DNA of 64,000 bases from Octopus sinensis (Eukaryota), in the NCBI RefSeq assembly GCF_006345805.1, contig NC_043001.1:31062001-31126000 (forward strand), read 5' to 3'. Below, one piece after another: positions 12,334-25,575 of this stretch; position 1 is the first letter of the stretch; every line of letters starts with the position of its first letter. Under the pieces are notes generated by a model. The model was not told where the DNA came from, made no database searches, and saw only the letters and a list, made by a program, of their open reading frames with translations. Made by a program: the position numbers and the translations under genes.

Positions 12334-12561
12334 GGAGATGTCTTGCATAGCAAGTGACCTGATCTGAGATCGTGTGCTGGAGCGAAAACAATTGCAGCGT
12401 GGAAGGTGTTATAAGCCATTTAAGAAATACACAAAACCGTTAGATTTACTTCAACATTTAATTTAATTGGCAAATTAAATTTAAATGTTGAAGTGAATCT
12501 AGCGGTTTTTTTTGTGTGTTTCTTAAATGGCTTATAAACACCTTCCACGCTGCAATTGTTT
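12333..12561. mobile_element. Asymmetric fold-back repeat in (TA)n, copy 1
   Basis: Inverted arms of about 80 bp (12386-12561) plus about 55 bp unpaired; homologous to 49662-49882 in the opposite orientation. Confidence 0.8.
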
Positions 12562-12724
12562 ATATATATAATTAAAACAAAATGGCTTATAACCATAAAT
12601 CTAGTTTACCTTATAGTTACATAGCAACAGCTATGGCAGAGTACATGAATCCTGAACAGTGCATCACAACATGTAGTAGTAGTAGTAGTTTCAAATTTTG
12701 GAACAAGACTAGTAGTTGTGTGTG

Positions 12725-13140
12725 TGTGTGGGGGGGGGGAGCAGTCAATTACATCGATCACAGAACGCGACTGGTTCTTATTTTATCGACTCCGAAAAGA
12801 TATAAAAGACAAAGTTGACCTCGGTGAAATTTGAACTCAGAACATAAAGATGGACGAAATGTCGCTAAGAATTTTGTCCGGCATGCTAACGACTCTGCCA
12901 GTTCGCCGCCTTATTAAGAATTATACTTCTTTCTACTACAGGAACAAGGCCTGAAATTTGGGGAAAAGGGACTAGTCGATTGCATCGACCCCAGTGTTTC
13001 ACTTGTAGTTATTTTATCGACCCCGAAAGGATGAAAGGCTAAGTCGACCTCGGCGGAATTTGATCTCAGAACGTAGCGGCAGACGAAATACCGCTAAGCA
13101 TTTCGCCCGGCGTGCTAACGATTCTACCAGCTCGCCGCCT
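12725..13140 (-). mobile_element. SINE family A, two copies
   Basis: Reverse-complement core aaaggatgaaagg..aagtcgacctcggcggaattt occurs twice (first copy more diverged), each ending in the head gctcgccgcctt. Confidence 0.85.
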
Positions 13141-13232
13141 TGATAATAATAATAACAATAATAATAATAATAATAATAACAACAAGAACAACAAGAACAA
13201 CAACAAGAACAACAAGAACAACAACAACAATG

Positions 13233-13289
<57 letters not shown>

Positions 13290-13302
13290 TTAATAATAAT
13301 AT

Positions 13303-13990
13303 TTTTTTCTTAATTGTCACAAAAGCTGCAAACCAGACAGAAAGAACTACGCAAAGCAGAGGACAATGGGATGTTGCATATAGCACGTGTAAACAATAAA
13401 ACAATAATAATGGACAATATGATATTAGGCAAAAATACCCCAGAAGCGGTGAGCACCACCCAGGGATACCATTCTCGCCATATTCACCCACATTTCAGCA
13501 AATATAATGGTTGTATGGTGGAAGCAGCACTTCATTTTTCACACTCTCCTTTTCATATGGAACCTGAAAAAGTCAATGAAGGTTTGGTCGAAAAGGAAAG
13601 TATCTGTCTTCAGTCCACTGAACCTTGTCCACATTATTACCTCCTTTCCCATAGCCACCAGACAGAGGAAAACTGTCTGCCCTTCCTGACCAATGGAAGG
13701 TGGCGGGGCGATCCACACAGAGGATCTCTAAACGTAGCAACAGAAGTTCGAGAGAGCTTCACAAGTCAGCAATGCATGGATACGGCACGAGCGTATACAG
13801 AACGGTTTCATCGCTCTTCGCACTTCTCAAACGGGTCCGCCTGACAGCATTTCAGTAATTGTAGGGCTTATATCTAACCGGCAGACTCCTCCGGGGATTT
13901 ATGAAAGTTATCCATGGGTCCTTTTGAAAAGGTCAACCGACTTACCTCCTCCTGCAACGCCCAGAATTACCTTGGAGATGTCGTCGCTCT
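13303..13990 (-). mobile_element. Tx1/L1-like LINE 3' fragment
   Basis: Homologous to 46951-47330 and 62090-62645 (gaagggcagacagttttcctc; gactttttcaggttcca); ends in an A-rich tail at about 13305. Confidence 0.7.
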
Positions 13991-14002
13991 TGCCCGCTAC
14001 TA

Positions 14003-14235
14003 TGCCTATTTCTTTATTACCCACAAGGGGCTAAACACAGAGGGGACAAACAAGGACAGACATAGGTATTAAGTCGATTACATCGACCCCAGTGCGTAAC
14101 TGGTACTTAATTTATCGACCCCGAAAGGATGAAAGGCAAAGTCGACCTCGGCGGAATTTGAACTCACAACGTAACGCAGACGAAATACCGCTAAGCATTT
14201 CGCCCGGCATGCTAACGTTTCTGCTAGCTACTATG
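14003..14235 (-). mobile_element. SINE family A
   Basis: Full reverse-complement copy including the aaagaaata tail. Confidence 0.9.
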
Positions 14236-15197
14236 CCTTATAGAACTCCACCGACCACACTGCCCGACTAGCAGAAAACTGTGAGCACTTAGCGACACTC
14301 CAGGTGCCAAGCACTCTGTTTCGGCCTGCGCTTGATCCCCGACTGCAGCTCCGTAATGAGACGAACTGCGGAAAATTCTAATTGACAAACAGTGACTACA
14401 CATGCTCACCGTCAGCGAATCGATAGGGATGTCGCAATTTCATCGCATGCCTGAGCATATTTAGCCACGGCATACACATTCCACCATGCGGCGGATGCTG
14501 ACAGCAAATGAACCGTCTGACAACGGAACCCGTTCCTTTCATAGAAAGCAGAATAGTAAACGCATGAAATAGGGTAAGGAACGACGGCCAGATGGTAACA
14601 GATAATAGATCATATACGGTAATAGATGATAGATGATAGCTTAAATTCCGCACACATCTGCTTAGGTTCTAGTAGCAAGCACCTGTCTCCTCAAAGATTG
14701 AATTTTGGCTTTGTTTCCTCGTGTCTTGGAGCACGCGCCCAAGTTCTAGCAGCACAACCTTCGTGTTTGGCGTTGAAGAATTGGCCTCAGAGCCAGTCTC
14801 ATTGCCAGCATGCTGGTTGTTATGTTTTTTCTGCGTTCCTTAACTAAATCTCCGTCAATTCTAGACTTTCTTGTTGCTATTTCTTTACTAAGCCCTAACA
14901 ACTCTACTTCCATAGTCTTTTTCAGGGCCACCTACCATCGGTTTTTGATGTTTATGCTCATCTTGTTGAATCACACTTAAAACAAAAGATGGAAGGATGA
15001 TCCCCCATAGTGAGGAAATATATAAACTTGCACAAAAAGAATACATAACAGACAACAATATTGCATGCATTGTTTACTGGAAACCATGCGGAGAAGATAA
15101 TTCACTGTAATATCCAGGCAGAACCAAAGTCATATAGTGTGGGGAACATTAGCGACTTCAGTTCAAGGTTATTTCAACCATGGCCAGCCTGGACGCT

Positions 15198-15269
<72 letters not shown>

Positions 15270-15347
15270 AACAACAACAACAACGGTGACGACGACTGCT
15301 GCTGCAGTAGCTAAAGTAGTAGTAGCATTAGTAACAACAGCAACAGT

Positions 15348-15520
15348 GGAGGCGCAATGGCCCAGTGGTTAGGGCAGCGGACTCGCAGTCGCAAGAACGC
15401 GGTTTTGATTCCCAGATCGGGCATTGTGAGTGTTTATTGAGCAAAAACACCTAAGCGCCACGAGGCTCCGGCAGGGGGTGGTGGTGCTCTTTCACAACTT
15501 TCTCTCACTCTTTCTTCCTA
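15348..15520 (+). mobile_element. tRNA-derived SINE family B, 5' part
   Basis: ggcgcaatggcccagtggttagggcagcgg head, homologous to 24688. Confidence 0.8.
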
Positions 15521-16669
15521 CTTTTGCCACAAAGCAGAGGAACAATAGTGTAGCCCACTATGGTGTAGTAAACTTTCAGACCTTAGTCTAGATTGCGACT
15601 CCTCTGTATCCCAGTATGGTTCAGCTCTCCACCCAATAACAGCCACCGTTTACGGAATGAGGATAACAACGTTGCTTTCGCGCCCGTACAACCGCCAGTC
15701 TATTGCGTGTGGTGGGTGGATCTTCAACTTGCCACACGCATTCTTAGTAGCTTAGAGAAGGCTCGAATTAGAGATTATTCTTTGTGGCTAATGGCGTGAG
15801 TCCTGATTGGAAAAGAAAGAAGACAGCAACAACAACAACAACAATATCTTCTTTTCTATACACCTTATTTTCCGAAACGTGAAATCTAGTTGCTGGTTAT
15901 GAAACTGTATGAGAATAATTTACAAGGAACAACAATGTAATAACGATCTCAACAATTTCCGTCTTACCAGTTTCCCTTTCGTGGCACATGACCAGAGTAC
16001 CATTGTGTGTGTCTGAACCAGGGACCTGAAGTTTGGGAAACTACCTTCTTTACAATTCAGCAATGCCTGCATTCATACAATTGCATGCATGCATGCATGC
16101 ATACATACATACATACATACATACATGCAAAAGTACCCTGCTGGTGTTGTTGAAATTCCAATGAAGGAGCCTTGGACTCTTTTCTCTATTGGCAAGTAAT
16201 CATGAAATAAAGCTGAATAATGACATACACACACGTTAACTCATTCACTCACCCACTCACTCACTCATCTCTCACTCACTCACTCACTCGCTCACTCACT
16301 CGCTGGCTTAGACCTGGAAACATAAATCTTCAGAAATATTTTCGCATTTGCATGTGCGCAAACATGTGAGTGTTTTCACACATGCGTTTAGTTGTCTTGC
16401 TCGCCATTTAAATAAATAATTTATCTTTGGAGATATACAAATTCCATATTTTAAACACTAAAGTAGTTTTTTAGTTATTTTTTTTATATTTGTATATTTA
16501 TGCAATTGTTTTTTTTAATTAGTTCTGTTTAGTGTCTGATTTAGTTTTGTCATCAGCATCTAGATATCACACTGAGCAGACCGGTGATCAAAAGCATTCC
16601 AGCCATTGCAATCTCACCTTTCTGGCTTTTATTTTTGTTTTTGTTAAGCAGGTGATCATGTTTACTGAA

Positions 16670-16800
16670 GCGCATGGATTAGTGGCCTTGTTGTTAGGAT
16701 ATTGGCTTCACGATCATGAGGTCGCGGGTTCGATTCCGGGATTGAGCTCTACTTTGTGCCCCTGAACAAAGCACTTCATGTCACGTTTTTCGAGATTGCA
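16670..16800 (+). mobile_element. tRNA-derived SINE head (family C-like), degenerate
   Basis: gcgcatggattagtgg..gggttcgattcc box A/B-like motifs, similar to 35510. Confidence 0.55.
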
Positions 16801-18160
16801 AAACTAAAAATGGATACCAGCCAAATGCTGGCGCAGTTTTCTCTCCTTCCAGTTTTCACACACATCTTCGAAGTTTCGCTGGATCAAGCTTAAAGGAGGG
16901 CTCGAGTCGATGTCTCTGCCTGCTTGCAAATACCTTGGCACCTAAAGCAATTAACAAAAGTACTGCATATGCTGCTAAATCGCACTCGCTTATGAGTGAC
17001 GGCTATCGGTGGATATCATACATAACACTACATAATCTAATGTAGTATTATATATTATCTTTTCTTAGACGGTAGGGCTTGATCTAAGATAAATTTGACT
17101 TCTGTATCTAGCAGATCGAGTGACCATGTACTTAGTGAATAAGATAAATGAAATATTGTCTCGTTCTCGATAATCAACTGCAAATTTCTGTTAGGTTAGA
17201 GAATCGATCATCCCGGATCTTAACTATTATTCTGCTGCGCCTACTATCCCATACCAAGCGACTAATCAAGGAGAGACTAATCAAAGCTTTCACCTTAAAT
17301 AATGAAGGACTAATCAAAGCCTTCACCTTAAATAATGAAGGGGGTGCTGCAGTTCCTCAGTGCCTATACACGAGCTGCCAATGTCAAGTAGGACATGTTG
17401 AGGATTTCATCAATACTGCCAAAGTGTATTGTATCAGGATCATTGAAGACGAAGCAAAATTGCTTCTATAGAGTCTCTACTGTATCTTTGTCGTGATTGT
17501 GAAACTGTATTCCTTGATCAATGTGTCGATGGATGAAGAAGTAAGCCAATGTTTTTTTTGAAAAACAATTGAAGACGGGTTGTGTCCAAGTTTTGTAATA
17601 ACTTAATCTTCTTCAGCGACCCTTTGGTTACTGAAAGACTTCATATAGTTTTGGAATAAAAATTTGTTGCAATAATTTAGAAAAAATTATTAATTTGAAC
17701 CACTATCGATTCAAGCGTGTGTTGAGTGTAGTAGCAAAAGTAAAAATGTTTGTTCGTTGCATATGTGTATGAAAGGTAGACTAACTGCTCAGTAAGTGGT
17801 ATTCACTAAAGTTATATTGGTCGTGTGTGACGAAAAGGGTGGTGAGGAAGATTTTATCCTCCCATGTTGAAAAGGCGATTAGCCTTAAATCAAATTGTCC
17901 GCGGATTAAAATATAATGTGCCCCGTGGTTAGGAATAATTTTATGTGTCTGTTTATATTGTGGAGTTTAAGCGGATGACTTAATATGGCAGAAGTCGGAA
18001 ATGTTGAGCAGAATTTTCATAGCAAGATCCTTAGCTCCATCGGGGATAACAAAGTTGATAGCAATATAAACAATGACAGAACACAACCTATAAGCAAATG
18101 GAATTGTTAGCGGATGCACAATTTAATATAAAGCTGTTGATGAATGACAATTCTTTCGTA

Positions 18161-18682
18161 CCGTAAATCTTCGAGTATAGTCCGCCCTTGAGTTTAATAC
18201 GCAGGGGATTTTTAGGGGGCAGTACCTCTGAAAAACCTAAACCTTGTGTATAATACGCACTCTTTCTCTAACTTGAGTCGTGCGTAATTAAGCCAGCAGC
18301 ACCTAGTCGAACAAACACTTCCGCGTATGCGTAATACAATAATGGTGATGTTCTTAACTGTTATATGGGAATGTAAATATGTTTGCAAGTTGTTTTTGTT
18401 ACATGTTATTCTGTGTTCTGAATACTTTTATTTTAATAAATGTTGCTTACTGCAAGTTATGGATGATTCTTTTATGACTTCATTGCTTTCAGGCTTAGCT
18501 TAAGGTATTTTCGCACCCGACATCACAAAATGCGTCTGAATAAGCATTGCCGGACAGCAAATAGAGACTTGGATATTGCTTAGAAAATATTTTTCATTTT
18601 TAACCTCGTATATAGTACGCACTAGGGATTTTGATCATTAAATTTTGGGGAAAAAATGCGGATTATACTCGAGGATCTACGG
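18161..18682. mobile_element. Tc1/mariner-superfamily (Tc2-like) MITE
   Basis: TIRs CCGTAAATCTTCGAGTATAGTCCGC and CCGTAGATCCTCGAGTATAATCCGC with TA on both sides. A second partial copy lies at 44283-44402. Confidence 0.85.
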
Positions 18683-19135
18683 TAGTTAGAAAATCTTTTA
18701 TTGCCATGACAAGAACAGCTTCTTCTTTGCACAGATATGGAATGCGGAAAGTTAATGATTGTAATGCATTACTGAAAACATGCAATTGACAAACCAAGTC
18801 TCTGCTTAGGTGTTTGATATGCTGGAAATAACAGCCAAACCTTCTTCAACCCTTATCATACAATGGATATGTTTCATAATGTTGTCCTAGAATCATAAGT
18901 TTAAAATAATAATTTTTTTTTAAAGTTGAGATTTAACATCTGGAACGGTTTTGATTGTAAATCAACTTTTATCGTAAACAATCCCAGATCAACCCTAATG
19001 TGGGTTTAGGGTAGGGTTGATCAGTGACTATACCGGCCTACAACCACGAACCTTCTAGACTCCATCCAGGTCTGTGTAAGAAACAAATTCGTTTTTAGTA
19101 TAATGATAATGTAAACTTTTACTGCTGTCAGTACT

Positions 19136-19398
19136 ATGATCATTAACAGTAACCCATTTCCACCCAACACTATTACTACTAATACTACTAATACTACTGC
19201 TGCTGCTGCTGCTGGAATCGCTATACGTGATGCTGCAGTTTCTGAGATAAGATCGCTGTCGTTATCACTACTGCCGATTCTGCTGTTATTGTTCTTGCTA
19301 CAACAACAACAACAACAACAACATCATCATCATCATCATCATCATTATCATCATTATCATCATTATCATCATTATCATCATTATCAGCAGCAGCAGCA

Positions 19399-19454
<56 letters not shown>

Positions 19455-20020
19455 GTGTTGTTTTTAGTGTTTGTGGGCGATGGACGATGTTAACCCGAAT
19501 TGCTATTTAAGAAAAGAAACGAGGAATTGAAATAATGAAATGGGTGAATAAGTGGGGTAGTGGGAGGTGAAGGAAAATCAACAAATTAAGAAAGAAAAAA
19601 GAAAGAAAGAAGGGAAAAGAAAGAAGGAAAAGAAAAGAAAAAAGAAAGCAAGAAAGAAGGGAAAAGAAAAGAAAAAAGAAAGCAAGAAAGGAAGGGGGAA
19701 AAGAAGAGAAAAATAAGAAAGAAAGCAAGCTAAAAAGACGGAAGGCAGGAAGGAAGGAGAGAGGGAAATAAGGAAGGAAAAAGAAAGAAAGACAGAAAGG
19801 AAGGAAGGAAGGAAGAAAGAAAGGAAGGAAGAAAGAAAGGAAAAGAAGAAAGAAAGTAAGAAAAAAGAAAGGAAAAAAGAAAGTAAGAAAAAAGAAAGGA
19901 AAAGAAAAAAGAAAGTAAGAAAAAAGAAGGGAAAAGAAGAAAAAAGTAAGAAAAAAGAAAGAAGGAAAGAAAAGGAGGAAGAAAGAAAGAAAGAAAGAAA
20001 GAATGGCGGTTGAGAGGAAT
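19136..20020. repeat. Compound triplet microsatellite followed by a GA-rich (AAGAA/GGAA) tract
   Basis: (CAA)n(CAT)n(CAG)n(CTA)n, then a purine-only run of about 400 bp. Confidence 0.95.
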
Positions 20021-20636
20021 GACGAAAGAAATAAAGAATCTGAGAAGGTTTGAATAATGTGACAGTAATTGCGCGTAAGTTCGTTCCCTCGGATTGGATG
20101 TATTTGGCGAAAGCATTCCTAAAGCTGTTTCATAAAAGGTTAACCTAGAGAAGGATTCGAAATCGTGAAAGAATCAACTGCCTATGATCAAGGCATTTGG
20201 TTAACCATCTAATTTAGTAAGATAAGTGAGTGACTCGAACAAAGTTTTTTATTTATTTATTTATCTATTTATTTATTTATTTATTTATTTGCATAATACG
20301 TACAACACCTGCCGAGCAGCACAGATAAGGTAAACAAACAGAAGACTTGGAGAAATCTTTCTAAGAGTTGTTTATCTCGTGTTTCCTGTCTGCTGGTTTA
20401 GATATATATATTAATTCTTCTATTCCTTCAACTTAATATTGTGACTAATGAACAATGTTGAATAATAAATAAATAAATAAATAAGTTCTTCGAGGAATGT
20501 TTGTTTGTTTATTGTTTGTTACTTAACATCCATAAATATTTTTGCTCAAGAATTCCGTCTTCCATGATATATATATTACACATATATAAGGGCACATCAC
20601 TCACATACGCAGACCTACGTTCACACACGCCGCGTG

Positions 20637-20673
<37 letters not shown>

Positions 20674-21116
20674 ATTTGTTTAATTGGTTTGTGTACGTGT
20701 GTACACTTAACATGTGCTTGATAAAAAAACTCAATATGGATTGTCGAATAAAATGATATTTATTATCAATCGTGATTTGTCTATGCCGAAGTTTTGCCGA
20801 TGCTGGCTTCTCAAAGCAGAGCTGCCAGTATGGGTGAAACTTCGCAGTATAGCATTTAGCATTGATATTATATATATATAATACAAAACGGGACAAGAAC
20901 GCAAAACATCCGGACAGCTAGGTGATACAAAAAGGGACAACAAAACATCCAGATAGACGGGTCATTCGAAGTTTTCTTTCCTCAGTCAAGCACCAGATTA
21001 TCCTCGCAATTTCGGCTTATATATATAATATAATATAATGTAATATAATATAATATAATATAATATATATAATATAATATAATATAATATAATATAATAT
21101 AATATAATAGATAGAT

Positions 21117-21203
<87 letters not shown>

Positions 21204-21408
21204 GAGGGAGAGAGAAAGGTATAGAGTTAACTGAGAGGTTTTTGTCTTTCAAGCGTCCTGCTCGCTTACAAGCAATGTGACATAAATAAGAATGTTTTGG
21301 GAATGGTTTGGGATTTGACTGCCCTTTTAGCATGTAAGAAGTTCACATAGTGGTCTTCTGTCCGTGTATAAATTTTTATACACTCATATATATATATATT
21401 ATATATAT

Positions 21409-21520
<112 letters not shown>

Positions 21521-21711
21521 GTTAATCCAAACATGAAAACAACAAAGCGAGGACGTGGAACAAGTATATTGTTATTGGACGCTCAGGAAAGGAAAGAAAG
21601 ACGGAGGACTTAACGTTTCGAGCAGAGCTCTTCGTCAGAAACATAGAAGAAGGAAAGATCCAAGGAAGGCAAGACGGAGAAAGAAAACCGCTAACGATAC
21701 ACACGCGGTCA
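21521..21711 (-). mobile_element. About 200-bp HHR-containing mini-element, copy 2
   Basis: Same ends as 8869-9071. HHR at 21608-21643: GUUU-CUGACGAA-GAGC-UCU-GCUC-GAAACGUU-AAGU, intact core. Confidence 0.75.
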
Positions 21712-21971
21712 AGAGAGAGAGAGAGAGAGATGAGAAACAGATATTCTCCGTATAGAGTACACTTAGCAGTGCTCAAGAGGTTTACACTTGAGCTGGTAGA
21801 GGGTAGAGGAGTAAATGTAAGGATAAGCAAGTTAGGTAAGTCGATATACAAAAATATTAAATACATTTAATACAAAAAATTGTACTTATGTTTAGGTAAA
21901 AAAAAGGGTCCGACTTACACAGAATAGAAATGATATCAGGAATTAAAGGGTTTGAATAAGAGTTTTACGAG

Positions 21972-22170
21972 TCCAACAGCTGTTTCTGGGGGTCTGGTGA
22001 GCCAAAATAATAATTGTAAATTGATTTCATCGTCGGATAATACCAGCCTCCGTCTTCAGGGAAGAAGTTTTAGATTTGAGGTGTTGACAGAAAGGAGATT
22101 AAGGATGGAATCCTTATGCTATCCTTAATCTCTTTTCTGTCAATATCTCAAATCTAAGACTTCCCTGAAG
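21972..22170 (-). mobile_element. PLE-terminus-like fragment: degenerate HHR plus 117-bp fold-back
   Basis: UCC-CUGAAGA-CGGAGGCUGGU..ACCAGACCCCCA-GAAACAGCUGUU-GGA. Inverted repeat 22054-22170, whose second arm stops inside the CUGAAG core. Confidence 0.5.
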
Positions 22171-23520
22171 TTTTAGAAGACAATTAATGAAGTCCCTGAA
22201 GATAATTAGTTATAAGTTGAGGGAGAGTAGTTTGCCGTGTGTAGCAGATCGAGCGACCCTTTAAAAGCACCCAATTATTTTGTATGCTATCAAATTGAAA
22301 GCCGTACCAGAAACCAGCTTTCGTGCTTTAGATTCAATATTGAGATATTTTATCCAATAGAAATTCGATAGAATAGCACTTCGTATAAACAAATAAAACA
22401 GAACTCAAGTAATGTGTATATATCAGATGCTGCGATTACATCGAAGTCTCATTTCCATGTGTTGGACAGCTGAAAATATATTTCCCAAATAGCTGCTTTC
22501 CAAATTAGGTTTTGAGCTAATTCCTATAAGATAAATTCAACGAATTATAAGTTTTAAATAACTGAAGTTTAGCTCTTGGATGTCCTGCCAGCAATTAACT
22601 AATTTTTAGAATTCTATTTATAGAGCACCGTCAGGCTGGGACTTCACAGCAATGATATTTACTTTCTTTCATCTAATATACACGGTATTCACAAGCTATT
22701 GAAAAGATATTTGTACTTATTTTGATCAGCACACATCTGTATATGCCTCTCGTCCCTCTCTCTCTCTCTCTCTCTCTTTATTTCTCCGTTTTTTCTCTCT
22801 CTTGCTCTTTCTTTCTTGTCCTTTCTTTCTTCTCTCCCCTTCTCTCGTATTACTAAGGTAAGTATTCAATTGTTCATGTCAAAAGCAACTTTCAATCCTT
22901 ACCAACGTAACCGAGATAATATAGTAGTGGATTACGGTTTGGACGTCAACTATACACATCTGCAATGTAACATTTTTAGCCCTCAATAATCCAATCTACC
23001 TAGAACTAAATAGACATTTCTATACCTTCAACATACATACATTCAAGTAATTGTTCAAATTTTCCAGTTTTACTAAACCCTATTTTTACAAACTATTTAT
23101 CCCTTATATTCGCAACCTGCCCACCAGCTCATCTATTTTAGGAGAAGCCTTTTTTTATTATAAAGATTTCCCGCTTTTCTATCTGCCCTGTTAAAAGTAA
23201 ATCGATAAAAACAGGAATATGAAATCTGAAATAGCATTACTTTTGATATATTTACAATATCTCAAATTGAGAGTGTTGAAAGGAACGGCAGAATGTTACA
23301 GTAAATAGAGATGTGAGACTCCATATTCAGTGTTAAAGACACTAAGATCAACTTGGATTTCATCTCTCGGCGATCGCATGATTAATAAAATAACAATCAT
23401 TAATATAGTATTATCGATTATACTGAATATAGTGCTCCCTTAATAAAATTAGATTTCTCTCTTAATGGATAGTTTTGAAAAATTCATTTACACAAGCTAT
23501 TGATGCTTGCTTATAGTATA

Positions 23521-24073
23521 CTAGCTGATATACCTGGTAATTCCCGGAAAAACGGGGCTTATCCCTTGGTTCCGTTCTCATAATTGTCTCGCTAATCCAG
23601 TAACAACAATACAAAGTATGTAGCCCTTAAGACGGTTTTTGTGCATTCACAGACAATACCGAACTGTCTTACAAAGGATCTTGTTTTTAGAAATTCCCAG
23701 TAAGTTATGAATACCCAAATTGCGACGTCAGTTACGTAATAACATAAAATTAGTTACCCGATAGTAAGAATTCAAATAATGTGGCCCCAGAAAGGGCTTT
23801 AATGTGTTCCCAGAGTATATAGAACTTAGGAGGAAATACCAATAAGGTATGTATACCAAAATCGTGAAGTATGTTACGTAATCACAGGTTAATCGAATAT
23901 GATATAACAATTCAAAGTAAATAACTCTGAAAAGGGCTTTTGTGCGTTCTCAGAGAATATAACTCTTAGAGGCGCTAGTGTTGAAATAGATATACAGGCA
24001 TGGCTCGAGAAGGAACAAACAATTATCAAAGACATTGTAACCATGACAATCCTGTCTTTTTATATACTAGGGA
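23521..24073 (-). mobile_element. Non-autonomous Helitron candidate
   Basis: 5' A|TCCCTAGTATATAAAAG; 3' weak hairpin ccgggaattaccagg then CTAG|T; no TSD. Confidence 0.5.
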
Positions 24074-24687
24074 TTACACTGTTTAAAGCGTCTTTTCTTT
24101 TTAAAACGGTTGGGCATGATTTAACGGAGATTTAACAGTTATTTCTAGCAATCGAACGACCACGTATGTGTTTCCCTGGAGATAAATCCGGATGGCAAGA
24201 ACATAATCCCTCTGTCTGCAACAACCAAAAAGAAGCATTGGTCGATTTTTCTAAGCTTTGGCTGCTACAAAGGAGAAGTTGTAACACGAGTTTGTGGTTT
24301 CATAAGACAATTAAATGTTTTCGTTATACAAAATCGGCTGATGCAACTTTTCCTCTATGAGAAAATCAGCAATTAGTAGGATCGATTGAATTTTTCCCAA
24401 CTACTTCCATTCATTTGCTTAATAAACTTTTACATCAGATAAGCTTCAGTCTAACACACGATATTCTTCTGGATGTATCTTAACCAGTTATGAATCGCCG
24501 TCTGTTGTGTCTCCGACCAATCGCTACACTGCTTGTTACACTTAACGGTTTATCTCCAATCTTTCACAGTTTGCGAGGTATGCTTATGAGAAATTGAGAC
24601 GCCATGCTTCCTGTTGGAAGATGAGTCGAATGAGTGCTTGATGCTCATCGTAGCTTGTACCATGGCAACATACTACGACAGTTATGT

Positions 24688-25065
24688 GGAAGCGCAATGG
24701 CCCAGTGGTTAGAGCAGCGGACTCGCGGTCGTAGGATCGCGGTTTCGATTCCCAGACCGGGCGTTGTGAGTGTTTATTGAGCGAAAACATCTAAAGCTCC
24801 ACGAGGCTCCGGCAGGGATGGTGGTGATCCCTGCTGTACTCTTTCACCACAACTTTCTCTCATTCTTACTTCCTGTTTCTGTTGTACCTGTATTTCAAAG
24901 GGCCGGCCTTGTCACTCTCTGCGTCACGCTGAATATCCCCGAGAACTACGTTAAGGGTACACGTGTCTGTGGAGTGCTCAGCCACTTACACGTTGATTTC
25001 ACGAGCAGGCTGTTCCGTTGATCGGATCAACCAGAACCCTCATCGTCGTAACCGACGGAGTGCTT
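24688..25065 (+). mobile_element. tRNA-derived SINE family B, full length
   Basis: Box A tggcccagtgg, box B ggtttcgattcc; tail gagcaggctgttccgttgatcggatc..gacggagtgc shared with family C. Confidence 0.88.
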
Positions 25066-25575
25066 CCACTGCGACAATTGAAACACAATTTCATTAGCAT
25101 CTAACTTTTAGTATGGACTATATTTTCTGTGCATCTTTCTCCATGTATTGATTTCGAAAGATTACATAAAACCTATTGTTGTTACTACTTAGTACCCAGT
25201 TGTGCATTGATTAAGAGAACCTGTGAATAAAGAAAACTGAGAATACCCTTTTCTTTGTGACGTGTATCGTAAATGCATTATCGTGTAAAGTGAAAATGCC
25301 TCAACCTATTTGTTCCGGTTCTCCACGCGCTGTCTTCAAATTTAATCGAAGCCAACCCGGTCTTTTATCTTTCGGCGTTGATAAAATTAAGTATCAACGG
25401 TCTAAGGCGAGGACTGGCGGAATTATTACAGCGATCGACGGAAAAAATTTGTTCCGTCTCTGGATTAGAAGTTCTTGGGCGGTAGACTTAAGCAGTCGCT
25501 CAGTTCACCACCACCACCACCACCACCATTTCGTCCAGTGTGCAAACGATTTTGCCATCTCACCGCCTTACAATA

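Noticed and set aside
14250-14990. Possible CR1-like (ESRIVNA) and Tx1-like remnants
   Set aside because: Only short, weak motif matches; too uncertain to list as features.
17500-18130. Possible LINE endonuclease remnant on the minus strand
   Set aside because: No motif could be read with confidence.
20949-20990. HHR-like CUGAGGA..CGAAU motif on the minus strand
   Set aside because: GAAU instead of GAAA and weak stems; cannot be supported as a ribozyme.
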